Counted from the first letter of the stretch, positions 37,302-47,268 are shown. The stretch: 64,000 bases of DNA from Cenarchaeum sp. (GCA_963692915.1 OY843584.1:64001-128000); one strand, 5' to 3'. Program-made: numbers and translations. Notes: generated from the letters alone by a model not told the origin.

Positions 37302-40004
37302 CTAGGGGGAGGCCATGCCACCTGAGATGGCAACCCCTGAGGGTGCGGCAAGCGCCACTCCGTTCCTCCACGCAAACACCTGCACGTGCTCTCTCCCGTC
37401 ACCGTGATCCCACGAGATGACTGCGCGAAGCCTGCCGTCACCGTCGATGGTGTGCTCCTCGGTTACTATGCGCCCCACAGTGCCATCCTCGCTGACAACC
37501 TGCACGACAAGCTCAAAGGCCGTTCCGGCATGACCTGTGATCTCCACTGCGATGCGTTCGGCTCCTTGCATGCGCTTGAGAACCTCGACTCCGGATATGG
37601 CAAGTGGCATAGTGCGACCGGCCACGCGCGGCGACTCATCACCGGCAACATCAAGAGTTCCGCGGCTGTCCACATAGTCCGCATACGTTATGCCGATCTT
37701 TGCCCTCGCCGTGCTCATCGGACGCGGCGACTCACCGTCGCACCACTCTTGTGGAACGCGCAGCTGGCCGACAAAGACACCAGTCGCCGTGCCCGTCTCA
37801 AGAAGCGATAGGCTCGGGCCTGGTGCGGGACAGCCCTGCCTGTCGGTCCACTGGATGCCGTTTAGCGTGAGGACGAGGAGGCCGCCACCGACAGGTCCGA
37901 CGCGGTATGACTCGGCCGTGTCAGGATTTGTGTTGAGGTCCGCATCACGCAGCGTCACGGTCACCGTGTCTGATGTGCCATACTCGTCACGGTCAAAGGA
38001 GACCGAACCCGTGTGCGATGCCGTGCTTGCCATCCCCGAGACGATCCTCCTAGAGCCATCAGCAGCACGGTCATCATATGTCATCGTAATGTCCTCGTCT
38101 CCGTCGACTGCGATCATTGATGCGCGCTCGCCTATTGTCGCAAGGTCAGCATACGTTGCGGCGTCTGCGACACTGAGCTGGTTTGCGAGCATGTACTCTA
38201 GCGTCCCGGCAAACGTTCCGGTGTCCGTGCCTGTCTCCTCGAGCTCTAGCCTGACGACCTGGTTGGCTACCCTCTGCCCGTCGGCGATCCCAAAGGAGAA
38301 GATGTCGGCAACTATGGCGATCGTGCCCTCTGGACTCACGGGCCGGCCCAGGTCAAACTCGAGGCCAAGACCCGTGCCGGCAAGAATCGCCTCCACTGCG
38401 GCGTGCGGGATCTCGACGAGGCCACGCGCCTGCCCTGAGGCCACGGCCACCTTCTGCGCGCCGGCCACGACGTAAATGTCGACGGCCGTTGCGCCAGTCG
38501 AGCGGACGTCATAGTTGAGCAGGTTTGTCACCGTGCGCACCGCATGAACCGGTGCGCGCGCATTTCCATAGTTGACGGTCAGGCCGGTGATGGGGTCAGT
38601 AGGGGTGACTAGCGCCCTTGCCCCGTGCGAGTCAGTCTCGTGTCCGATCCCGGCTGCTCGTCCGCCTGCGTCTAGCGCGCCGATGCTCGCAGCATCAATG
38701 AGCGTGAGCGGCTCGCCGGTCACAATTGTCGGTATTGCCGCGCCTGCGTCGGCAACATCGAGGGTATCGCGCTGTCGGCTGTTCTGGTTTGCGTCCGTGT
38801 CGCTGAGCGTCACCTCAGCGCGCGTCCCTGACGGCCAGGCGCCGCCTGTGCCGAGGTCGAGTGAGGCATCACCGTGGCCGATCAGTATGCTGCGCACCGA
38901 CCCGTACGAGACTGTCATCGCCGCCCCGCGCGGCGCATCGCGCGATGCCTTGAGCGATGACGCGTTGGCCGAGTCGTATGACGCAAAGATGCCCGTGTTG
39001 GGGCCTGTCTCCACTAGTGTGATGATGCCGCCGGCGCCTCCGCTGCTGTCCAGGGAATTCCTGCCGTTTCTGTTGGATACTGCCTCAAGTGCCCCATTGC
39101 CCAGGTCTATGTGCAACGAGCACGTCTCGTCACATCCGAGCGCACCAAACGATCTTGACACGTCAGCAACGTTTCCCGTCGGCTCACCACGCGAGTCAAA
39201 CGCGCGATATATTGCGCGTCCAATGCCCTCACCGTCGACATCCCACGTCCACGAGTCCTCGTCTGTGGGATCTATATTGAGCCACACGTCTGACACCTCG
39301 ACGTGGACATCGGCTCCAGGGGGATACACGCTGCGGTCAAGCGCAAGCGCGGCAACATCGCGCGTCGTCCCGTACTCGAGGAGAACAGTGTCATTCTCGT
39401 GCCTGACCTCGACGTTACTTCTGAGATCATAGAGCTGTATGAACGGCCACACGCCGTCGGCTGCGGCACGCGCGTCACCTTCAACGCGGATGCTCTGTCC
39501 TATGCCGTATGCCAGGTTTGCTGCCCGCTCGTTGCGCAGTACCGACATTGCGCGCACACCGTCCCCATATCCCTTCCCGCACACGCCGCCGAGTGGAAAC
39601 GCGACGCCATCAGTGTCGGCAAAATAGTCCTGGTCTGCGCCAGTGACGTGTGCGAGAAGCTCGTTTGCCTCCGAGTCGCCACCGCATACGGTGCCAAAGT
39701 CTAGTCCCGTGCCGTCTGTCACCACGGTCGCCTCTGCGACTTGTGCGGCGCGCGCATCAGCAAAGTATGCATGCCATCTCGCATCAGCTCCCTGGACCAT
39801 CCTTAGCTCCATCGAGCCGACCGTCACGGTCGGTTCGCCGGCCGGCTCGGCAGTCTCGGCCCTGTCATCGACGCTCACGCGGATCACCTGCGCGCCGGCG
39901 ATTATGCCGCCAGGCGCCCCGTCGGCCGATACCCAGAGCTCGGCTCCGGCGGTTCCTGTGAGCATCGAGGCGACGACCAGGGCGAGGAGGGCCACAGTCT
40001 CCAT
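37302..40004 (-). CDS. Secreted S-layer-family (thaumarchaeal SlaA-like) protein
   Basis: Signal peptide; GEPTVTV..LRMVQGADARWHAYFAD, GLDFG, WPFIQLY, LNIDPTDEDSWTW, repeated ETGxxTGxF; start estimated. Confidence 0.7.
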   Translation of the reverse strand: METVALLALVVASMLTGTAGAELWVSADGAPGGIIAGAQVIRVSVDDRAETAEPAGEPTVTVGSMELRMVQGADARWHAYFADARAAQVAEATVVTDGTGLDFGTVCGGDSEANELLAHVTGADQDYFADTDGVAFPLGGVCGKGYGDGVRAMSVLRNERAANLAYGIGQSIRVEGDARAAADGVWPFIQLYDLRSNVEVRHENDTVLLEYGTTRDVAALALDRSVYPPGADVHVEVSDVWLNIDPTDEDSWTWDVDGEGIGRAIYRAFDSRGEPTGNVADVSRSFGALGCDETCSLHIDLGNGALEAVSNRNGRNSLDSSGGAGGIITLVETGPNTGIFASYDSANASSLKASRDAPRGAAMTVSYGSVRSILIGHGDASLDLGTGGAWPSGTRAEVTLSDTDANQNSRQRDTLDVADAGAAIPTIVTGEPLTLIDAASIGALDAGGRAAGIGHETDSHGARALVTPTDPITGLTVNYGNARAPVHAVRTVTNLLNYDVRSTGATAVDIYVVAGAQKVAVASGQARGLVEIPHAAVEAILAGTGLGLEFDLGRPVSPEGTIAIVADIFSFGIADGQRVANQVVRLELEETGTDTGTFAGTLEYMLANQLSVADAATYADLATIGERASMIAVDGDEDITMTYDDRAADGSRRIVSGMASTASHTGSVSFDRDEYGTSDTVTVTLRDADLNTNPDTAESYRVGPVGGGLLVLTLNGIQWTDRQGCPAPGPSLSLLETGTATGVFVGQLRVPQEWCDGESPRPMSTARAKIGITYADYVDSRGTLDVAGDESPRVAGRTMPLAISGVEVLKRMQGAERIAVEITGHAGTAFELVVQVVSEDGTVGRIVTEEHTIDGDGRLRAVISWDHGDGREHVQVFAWRNGVALAAPSGVAISGGMASP

Positions 40005-40156
40005 CGCACTGTGGGCACGCGTGGCCATATTTAACGCTGGAGTGGCCGTGCGGGACTTCACGCCTAAGATGGCCTCCAAAAGGATCAATCCTTCGTTAAG
40101 GTCATATATAGGCACGTGGAAGGGGGCGTGTTGAATCTTCAGGAGATGAGCTCAAA

Positions 40157-41461
40157 TTGCCTTCATCAGGCATCATCAAGTATCATGTCAGGCTATCGTA
40201 TAATGTGGACGGCCTAGTTGGCAGGACCGACATAATCGGCGCCATCTTTGGGCAGACCGAAGGTCTGCTCGGGCCGGATATGAACCTCAACGAGCTCCAA
40301 AAGATATCCAAGATCGGACGCATCGACGTCACGACCAAGACGACTGCGCACGCGACGACTGGCGAGGTTCTCATACCCATGAGCACGGACATCGACACGT
40401 GCTCGCTAGTCGCCGCCTCCCTTGAGAGCATCGACAAGGTGGGCGCCTTTGACAGCAAGTTCAAGATGCTCTCGATCGACGACATCCGCGCGGCAAAAAA
40501 AGACGACATTGTAAAGCGCGCCAAGGAGATAAAGCGCAAGTTTGCCATAAAGGCCGTTAGCGACGGTGACACGATGCGCCGTGACGTTCACGAGGGCACG
40601 CCGTCAAACTCGCGCGTCTCCTCGTACGGGCCCTCAAAGCTGCCGTGCGGCTCTGGCATGCTCGACTCGCCATGGATAATACTAGTCGAGGGCAGGGCCG
40701 ACATCGTCAACCTGATCCGCGCCGGATACGACAACACGTTGGCAATTGACGGCGCGCGCGTTGATGAGTCGATAAAGGTCGCGTGCCGGTCCAAGAAAAA
40801 GATCGTCGCGTTTCTTGACGGTGACCGCACCGGCGGCGCGCTCATGCGCGAGCTAAAGATGATGGTTCCAGTTGACGTCGAGCTGCGCGCAGATGACGGC
40901 GTTGAGGTCGAGGAGCTCACTCCGCAGCGCGTCGCCGAGCTGCTCGATCCCGCAGTAGCCGAGATCAAGGAACAGTTTGCCGGCCAGGAGCTCCCGCGCC
41001 ATGACGGCGGAAGAAACGGGCGCAACAGGGGACGTGACCGTGACAGGGGACGAGATAGGGATCGTGACAGAGGACGAGACAGGGGACGCGGACGCGAGGA
41101 TCGCCGCGATCGCGACGTCGAGATCCCCGAGCCGGCGCCTGCAGAGCCAAAGGAGGAGGATCGCCCGCTCATCACGCTAATCACGCCAGTCTACCAGAGG
41201 CTAAAGGACACCCTAGAGTCCGTCGCGCTCGACTCGGAGGGCGGTGAGGCGTTTCGCGTTCCAGTCAGCGAGCTTGTCTCAAAGCTAAAGGAGCAGGGTG
41301 GTGGTGTGCAGTGCATCGTCATGGACGGGATCATAACCGGCCGCCTCCTAGAGGCCGCCAAGGGAATCGGTGTCGAGACGATCGTGGGCAACCGCGCAGC
41401 GCACATCGAGGATGACATGGGCGTGCGCCTTAGGTCGTTCTCGGAGCTAGGCGTCTTCTAG
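40157..41461 (+). CDS. dnaG: Archaeal DnaG (exosome-associated, TOPRIM)
   Basis: GAIFGQTEGLLG, VEGRAD, FLDGDR; TTG start with GGAGATGA SD-like site. Confidence 0.93.
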   Translation: MPSSGIIKYHVRLSYNVDGLVGRTDIIGAIFGQTEGLLGPDMNLNELQKISKIGRIDVTTKTTAHATTGEVLIPMSTDIDTCSLVAASLESIDKVGAFDSKFKMLSIDDIRAAKKDDIVKRAKEIKRKFAIKAVSDGDTMRRDVHEGTPSNSRVSSYGPSKLPCGSGMLDSPWIILVEGRADIVNLIRAGYDNTLAIDGARVDESIKVACRSKKKIVAFLDGDRTGGALMRELKMMVPVDVELRADDGVEVEELTPQRVAELLDPAVAEIKEQFAGQELPRHDGGRNGRNRGRDRDRGRDRDRDRGRDRGRGREDRRDRDVEIPEPAPAEPKEEDRPLITLITPVYQRLKDTLESVALDSEGGEAFRVPVSELVSKLKEQGGGVQCIVMDGIITGRLLEAAKGIGVETIVGNRAAHIEDDMGVRLRSFSELGVF

Positions 41462-42142
41462 TTGGCGACACGCACGCTCGAGGCACGCCACGTGCCCACA
41501 CTCACATACCTGCTCTCTCGAGGAGCGCGTGCGGGGTATGTGCGGATCACGACATCAGAGCTCGGCCGGAGCATATCGCGCTCACAGCAGGCCGCCTCTG
41601 ACCACCTCCGTGAGCTCGAGCGCGACGGTCTCGTGCGGCGAATGGTCCAGGGAAGGTCGCTCTCGGTTCTAGTGACTCCGGAGGGCTATTCTCGGATCCT
41701 GCGCCTCTACGAGTCGTTGCGCTCGTCGATCGAGTCAGCACCCTCGTCGATGAACCTTACCGGAAGGGTAGTCTCAGGATCCGGGGAGGGTCGATACTAT
41801 ATGGCCCTGCGCGGGTACACGAGGCAGTTTCGGGCAAGAGTCGGCTATGTCCCGTTTCCCGGCACGCTCAACGTGCGCCTCGATGCGGCGTCGGCCTCTG
41901 AGGCTGAGCGTCTTGACTCGGCGCGTGGAACGATGATCGAGGGGTTCTCTGATGGCGAGCGCACATACGGGTGGGTTCGGTGCCACGCCGCAACGATAGA
42001 CGGTCGCGTGCCATGCGAGCTAATCCGTCTCGAGCGCACGCACCATGAGCGCTCCATAGTCGAGCTAGTGGCTGCAACAAGCCTGCGCCGGAGACTGCGC
42101 CTCAAAGATGGCTCGCGCGTCACCGTTTCGGTGTCTCCATGA
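41462..42142 (+). CDS. ribK: CTP-dependent riboflavin kinase with N-terminal HTH
   Basis: SQQAAS HTH, VSGSGEGRYY, PFPGTLN. Confidence 0.9.
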   Translation: MATRTLEARHVPTLTYLLSRGARAGYVRITTSELGRSISRSQQAASDHLRELERDGLVRRMVQGRSLSVLVTPEGYSRILRLYESLRSSIESAPSSMNLTGRVVSGSGEGRYYMALRGYTRQFRARVGYVPFPGTLNVRLDAASASEAERLDSARGTMIEGFSDGERTYGWVRCHAATIDGRVPCELIRLERTHHERSIVELVAATSLRRRLRLKDGSRVTVSVSP

Positions 42143-42724
42143 TTATATGCCGTGTATCGTCTTGCCGTACGCCTTTTCTATCTCGCCACTAGATATCTCG
42201 GGATCCGTCGCGTCTAGCCTAACGACGTCTGCGCCAATGCCGACGCGCGCGCATCCGGCCACCACATAGTCGACCTGGTGGGCCTGGTCGTATCCAAGCG
42301 CTATGGTGTCCGGCGATATCCTCTTAACGGTGTTGAACATGTCTAGCTCGTCACCGATGACGCACGTGTCGACCATCGAGAGCGACCTCACGAGATCCTG
42401 CCGCTGGTTCTGCGTGTGGAGAGGCGTGCGCCGCTTCATCTTTACGGCCGTCGCGTCAGTGGCAACAACGACGATTAGCACGTCACCTAGAGCGCGCGCT
42501 TGCCTAAGCGTGTGTATGTGCCCAGGGTGTATTATGTCAAAGACGCCGCCAGAGAGGACCACGCGAATCTTCTTCCTCCCGCGCGCCGTGAGTCCCTTGC
42601 GTGACGTGTCGACTAGGCCGTCTAGAACCAGCCTGTCTACTGCGTCAGAGTCAGCGCGCGCCTCCTCGCCTAGCAGGTTTCCAATGTACACGGCGCACAG
42701 CGCGTCTATCCTCGGGGATCTCAA
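42143..42724 (-). CDS. ribL: FAD synthetase (cytidylyltransferase family)
   Basis: GGVFDIIHPGH, VVVATD, IALGYDQ; TTG start overlapping dph5 stop. Confidence 0.85.
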   Translation of the reverse strand: MRSPRIDALCAVYIGNLLGEEARADSDAVDRLVLDGLVDTSRKGLTARGRKKIRVVLSGGVFDIIHPGHIHTLRQARALGDVLIVVVATDATAVKMKRRTPLHTQNQRQDLVRSLSMVDTCVIGDELDMFNTVKRISPDTIALGYDQAHQVDYVVAGCARVGIGADVVRLDATDPEISSGEIEKAYGKTIHGI

Positions 42725-43797
42725 TGCGCGCCTCCCCCGCCGCCCTCCTTTATGCGCTCGCCTGAGTCGCGCTCTAGGCCTGCGGCGACTCGCAGCGAGT
42801 CGACGAGGCCGTCGGCGTACCCGATGCTGAGTATGGCAAGCTCGTCCCTGCCGCACCTCAGGAACTCCTCGGCGTCGGCGACATAGTCCTGTGCGCAGTC
42901 TAGCACGCGCGTATCGCCCTCTCCGCCACCGCGCAGGCGTGCCTCGTCTATGGCCTTGCTGACCATTGGAACATACTTTACTATCATGCGGTGCGACTCT
43001 TTTCTCGACGAGTCGGCGTTTGCGCGCGGCTCGCCGATGCAGCGTGTCAGGACGCGCAGCGCGTCGGCCTCTGTAAAGTGGAGCGAGCCGGGCACGATGA
43101 TGCTGTGCGGCGCCTCGCCAACCTTCTCGTCAAGGAGATCTCCGACGTCTCCGGCCACGATGGCACAGTCATCGCGGCCAACCCTTGAGACTATGACTGC
43201 AAACGTCTCGCGCGTGAGCGCAAGCTGGCGCTTTTCGTCCTCTATTGCGAGGAGTGACTCTAGGGCGCTGCGCGGGTCTAGGAACATTCCGGCGTCCTCG
43301 TCATACTCGAGGAGGAGGACGGTGTGGCATCCGCGATCGAGGTTCTCCTGGATTATGGCGTATGGCGTGCTCGCCTCAGCACGCGTGACTGTCGTCGTGC
43401 GCCCGACCTTGTACTGGTGCAGTCCACACTCGCCGACCATGCTAGTCAGCGCAGACGCCGCATGGACGCTGCGCGTCGGCGTGCCGGCCGCCGCTGCGCG
43501 CGCGCGCAGCTCGATATGCGTTGTGGCGACGTACGGATCACCATAGCAGACTAGCGCGACATCGCCGCTCGCCGCAGCACGCAGTATCTCGCCGCCGTCC
43601 TCGACAACCCACCTCGGCACGGCCTTGAATGCCGCGCCGCCGTCCTCGACGAGGCGCCTGACCTCCTCGAGCTCCACATCTGAGACGGGGCTCGTAAAGC
43701 GTTCCATGTAGACTGTGCCTGATGAGACTATCGCCGCGCGCGCACCTTCTCCCATGGCTCGCGCGCCGCCGACTCCCATGCCGACAAAGCTCAGCAC
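42721..43797 (-). CDS. dph5: Diphthine synthase with DUF357-like C-terminal domain
   Basis: FVGMG, YMERFTS, GDPYVATTH, GLHQYKVG, LHFTE; C-terminal YVADA..F....LAILSIGYADGLVD. Confidence 0.88.
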   Translation of the reverse strand: MLSFVGMGVGGARAMGEGARAAIVSSGTVYMERFTSPVSDVELEEVRRLVEDGGAAFKAVPRWVVEDGGEILRAAASGDVALVCYGDPYVATTHIELRARAAAAGTPTRSVHAASALTSMVGECGLHQYKVGRTTTVTRAEASTPYAIIQENLDRGCHTVLLLEYDEDAGMFLDPRSALESLLAIEDEKRQLALTRETFAVIVSRVGRDDCAIVAGDVGDLLDEKVGEAPHSIIVPGSLHFTEADALRVLTRCIGEPRANADSSRKESHRMIVKYVPMVSKAIDEARLRGGGEGDTRVLDCAQDYVADAEEFLRCGRDELAILSIGYADGLVDSLRVAAGLERDSGERIKEGGGGGAH

Positions 43798-44957
43798 TGG
43801 GCCTGTCCCCTGTCGTGAAGGCGCTTTAGGTGGCGCAGCGTGGACTTTAGTATCTCTATGGACTTTAGGTACTCGGCGATCGAGACGTGCTCGTTGGACA
43901 TGTGGGCCATGTGCGGGTCTCCGGGCCCCCACGTCACGACTGGTATGGACAGCGTGTTGCCAACGACGTTCATGTCGCCGGTTCCGGTCTTTAGCACGGG
44001 CATCGGGCTTGGTGAGCCGGACTCGACGGTTCCGATCTTTAGCGCACGAACTAGAACCGAGTCTGCCTTTGCCTCAAAGGGCTCAGTCTCATCAAGTATC
44101 GAGTAGAACGCCTCGACGCCGCGCTCGGCTGCAGTATCCTTTACGCACGAGGCGATGTCCCGCTCGACATCCTTGCATGACATGGCCGGCGGGACGCGCA
44201 CGTCCATCGTCGTCTCACACTCTTGTGGCATCATGTTGTGGCTCGAGCCTCCCCTGATCTCAGTGACTGTCGCCGTGAGCGCCTTGATCCGCCTCTTCTC
44301 GGCGCTTCCTGTCTCGAGGCGGCTCTTTAGGGCAGTGATGAACGTCGCAGACTCTTCAATGGCGTTCTTTGAGAGCCATGGCGCGCCGGCGTGGCCGCTG
44401 TTGCCGACGTCGACCTTGAGGTTAATGGCGAGGCGACCCTTGTAGCCGACAGTTATCTTGCCGATCCCGCTAGGCTCGCCGAACATTGCATAATCGAGCT
44501 TTATGGGCTGCCCCGTGCGGTCGCGCACGCCGTTCTTTGCTAGGCTCTTGGCCCCGGCTGCGTTCCCCTCCTCGTCGACTGCGCCCACAAAGACTACTGT
44601 GCCGCCGTTCTCGGCTGCAGCCGCAGCCCCAAACAGCATGGCCATGAGCGGAGCCTTTGCGTCAGACGCGCCACGCCCGTACAGTCTGTCGCCCTCGCGC
44701 CTCACGCGTATCTTGCCGGGAACGGTGTCCATGTGGCCGCAGAGCATGGTCACGGGCCGGCCAGTCCCCTTTATCGCCACGACGTTGCCGACCTCGTCGT
44801 CTATGCGGATGTCGCCAAATCCCAGGTCGTCGCACTTGTCGGCCAAAAATTCGGCCATGGGCCTCTCTGATAGCGAGACCGTATAGAGACGAAGGGCCTT
44901 CTCGAGCATCTTTACGGCATACCTGTCAGTCACGGGCACGCCCACATCGGAGCTCAT
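43791..44957 (-). CDS. lysK: [LysW]-lysine/[LysW]-ornithine hydrolase (M20)
   Basis: CGHMDTVPG, GRGASDAK, DEEG, GEPS, KTGTGDMN, GPGD..AH. Confidence 0.92.
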   Translation of the reverse strand: MSSDVGVPVTDRYAVKMLEKALRLYTVSLSERPMAEFLADKCDDLGFGDIRIDDEVGNVVAIKGTGRPVTMLCGHMDTVPGKIRVRREGDRLYGRGASDAKAPLMAMLFGAAAAAENGGTVVFVGAVDEEGNAAGAKSLAKNGVRDRTGQPIKLDYAMFGEPSGIGKITVGYKGRLAINLKVDVGNSGHAGAPWLSKNAIEESATFITALKSRLETGSAEKRRIKALTATVTEIRGGSSHNMMPQECETTMDVRVPPAMSCKDVERDIASCVKDTAAERGVEAFYSILDETEPFEAKADSVLVRALKIGTVESGSPSPMPVLKTGTGDMNVVGNTLSIPVVTWGPGDPHMAHMSNEHVSIAEYLKSIEILKSTLRHLKRLHDRGQAQC

Positions 44958-45799
44958 CCTCGCGTCGCCTCCAGGACATGTGCGATAATGAGCGCGGGTA
45001 TGTCGATGCCGCAGACCCTGACGGTGTTCTTGAACTCTGTTGTGTTGTTGATCTCGTGGACGAGGAGGCCGCGCTCGTCATCCTCCATGATGTCGACTCC
45101 GACGATCTCGCCGTGAACCGCATCACGCGCCTTCATGCAGATGTCTTCCATCTCGCCGGTGACCTTGCACTCCTCGGCATGGCCTCCGAGGGCCATGTTC
45201 GTCTTCCAGTCGTTCGATGACCTGTATATCGCCGCGACTACTGCGTCGCCGACGACTATGGCGCGAATGTCGCGCGGGGGTCTCTTTACAAACTCCTCGA
45301 TATAGTGGACATGGTACAGGGGATGCATCGCCTCGCGCATCTCGAGTATGCCGTCGGCCGCATCTGCGTCACTGAGCCGCGAGACCATGCGGCCCCAGCT
45401 CCCGACTGTGGGCTTTATGACGCATGGATAGCCGATCGAGGCGGCAGCCTCAAGGGCTGCCTCCCTCGAAAACGAGACTGCCGCGCGCGGGGTGCGCACG
45501 CCTGCCTTTTTGAGGAGCATGTGCGTGTAGAGCTTGTTGCCTGCGAGGATGCCAGTCTGCAGGCAGTTGATGACGCGCGCGCCCATTCCCTCCAGGGCTG
45601 CTGTCGAGTGGACATTCCTGTAATAGCTCACGCAGCGCTGCAGTATGGTGCCGTATCCGGCCGACTCGCCGTCAGTCTGCAGCGCGATCTTGCGACAGTC
45701 AAGAACCTGGATCTCGGCGCCGGCCTTCTTTGCGGCCTCTGCGAGAGCCTTCTCCTCCCACCGAACAGTGTCGTAGAGGATCGTCGCAGCAGGCGTCAC
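44954..45799 (-). CDS. lysX: Alpha-aminoadipate-LysW ligase (ATP-grasp)
   Basis: RWEEK, QRCVS, KPTVGSWGR, WKTNMA, EINNTTEFKNT (LysX-type N-T signature). Confidence 0.88.
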   Translation of the reverse strand: MTPAATILYDTVRWEEKALAEAAKKAGAEIQVLDCRKIALQTDGESAGYGTILQRCVSYYRNVHSTAALEGMGARVINCLQTGILAGNKLYTHMLLKKAGVRTPRAAVSFSREAALEAAASIGYPCVIKPTVGSWGRMVSRLSDADAADGILEMREAMHPLYHVHYIEEFVKRPPRDIRAIVVGDAVVAAIYRSSNDWKTNMALGGHAEECKVTGEMEDICMKARDAVHGEIVGVDIMEDDERGLLVHEINNTTEFKNTVRVCGIDIPALIIAHVLEATRG

Positions 45800-45966
45800 T
45801 GCCCCCAGTCCTCGCCCACGCTCTGCGCGGGCTTTAGCGTGAGGGAGTCGCCGGCACCCTCGAGCTCAAAGCTCGAACCGCACTCGGGACATGTCACGAT
45901 CTCACCGGCCATCGCATTGTCAGGAAGCCCTATCGTCGCGTCGCACTCGGAGCACTTGGCGGCCAT
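45796..45966 (-). CDS. lysW: LysW carrier protein paralog ending EDWGQ (56 aa, absent from ORF track)
   Basis: MAAKCSECDATIGLPDNAMAGEIVTCPECGSSFELEGAGDSLTLKPAQSVGEDWGQ. Confidence 0.92.
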   Translation of the reverse strand: MAAKCSECDATIGLPDNAMAGEIVTCPECGSSFELEGAGDSLTLKPAQSVGEDWGQ

Positions 45967-45967
45967 G

Positions 45968-47152
45968 TTAGCGTCCCCTGCGCGCGCGGCGGCTATTTAA
46001 CCTTCTTTCAATCCTGTCCTCCAACGGCATCTCTAGGACATCGCCCATGCGGAGTGACTTTAGGCCATCGGCCAGGCTCCTTGCCTGCTCGTCGTCTGCG
46101 CGCATGCCGAGTATGGCTGCCAGGTGGGCCGCGCCGGCGCGACCGGCGAGCTCGCCGAAGACTATGGCTCGGCGGTTGCCCACTGCGCTAGGCGGTATGG
46201 GCTCGTATGCGGCCGGATTGTTCAGGACTGCGGCTAGGTGCGTGCCGGCCTTGTGCTTGAATGCCGACGAGCCGACTAGCGGGGCCGACTCGTGCGTCTT
46301 TATCGGCGTGTATGCGTCTATCAGGCGCGAGAGGTCGCCTAGCATGTCAAGGTGGAACGAGTTCTCTAGTCCATAGAGGTAGTGTATTGCCGTTGCGACC
46401 TCGGCTAGTGCAGGTATGCCTGTTCGCTCGCCGATGCCGTTTATCGTCGTGTGTATCTGGTCAACTCCTGCCTCACATGCGGCAAACGCGTTGGCCAGCG
46501 CAAAGCCGACGTCATTGTGAACATGGACGTCAAGGGGCACGTCACCGATTGCGTCACGAACCAGCGTGACATACCTGCGCATTCCGTGGGGAAGCATCGC
46601 TCCGGCAGTGTCTGGCAGGCTTATCCTGTCGACTCCGGCATCCCTGACTGCGGCACACACGCGTACAAGAAACTTTGGGTCGGCTCTGCTCCCGTCCTCG
46701 GCAGTAAAACGAATTTTTAGGCCGTGGGCCTTTGCGTACTCTACTGCCTCTACTGCGCGCGAGATGGCCTCGTCGTGATCTATGCGGAGCTTGTCCCTCA
46801 TGTGAATCTCGGATATCCCGAGATACACGGCACACCATGTGGCATCACAGTCGATTATCTTGTCAATGTCGGACTTTAGCGCGCGGCCATGCGCGACAAT
46901 GTCTGCGGCAAGACCCTGACTTATTATCGTGCGCGTCGCCTCCTCGTGATCCGCAGATATGACCGGCGATATCTCTATCTGGTCGACGCCAAAGTGGTCG
47001 AGCTCCCAGGCTATCTGTATGCGCTGCTTTACGCTAAATGCAATGCCGGGGTGCTGCTCGCCCTCGCGAAGCGTGCTGTCGAGTATGCGTATTCGCGACG
47101 GGCCGGTCACCATTGCGTTGTACTCGTCGGCCCTGCGGTTTGCGCTGTCCAT
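45968..47152 (-). CDS. Homocitrate synthase (LeuA/HCS family)
   Basis: DSTLREGEQ, HVHNDVG, GIGERTG, FKHKAGTH; sits directly upstream of lysW-lysX-lysK. Confidence 0.85.
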   Translation of the reverse strand: MDSANRRADEYNAMVTGPSRIRILDSTLREGEQHPGIAFSVKQRIQIAWELDHFGVDQIEISPVISADHEEATRTIISQGLAADIVAHGRALKSDIDKIIDCDATWCAVYLGISEIHMRDKLRIDHDEAISRAVEAVEYAKAHGLKIRFTAEDGSRADPKFLVRVCAAVRDAGVDRISLPDTAGAMLPHGMRRYVTLVRDAIGDVPLDVHVHNDVGFALANAFAACEAGVDQIHTTINGIGERTGIPALAEVATAIHYLYGLENSFHLDMLGDLSRLIDAYTPIKTHESAPLVGSSAFKHKAGTHLAAVLNNPAAYEPIPPSAVGNRRAIVFGELAGRAGAAHLAAILGMRADDEQARSLADGLKSLRMGDVLEMPLEDRIERRLNSRRARRGR

Positions 47153-47194
47153 CTCGACAGTATGTGCCTGCCGGGACGTTATAAAGATAATCGT

Positions 47195-47245
47195 GCGTTT
47201 GTCGGCGTTTTTGGGCATTATGTGCTGATTTATGGCGTTTTACGC
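47195..47245. promoter_or_regulatory. Phased GCGTTT motifs with palindrome GCGT-TTT-ACGC, candidate LysM/Lrp operator
   Basis: GCGTTT at 47195, 47205, 47235, upstream of the TATA-like TTTATAA of homocitrate synthase. Confidence 0.35.
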
Positions 47246-47268
47246 ACCTAGTGCGCCGAATAGCGCAC

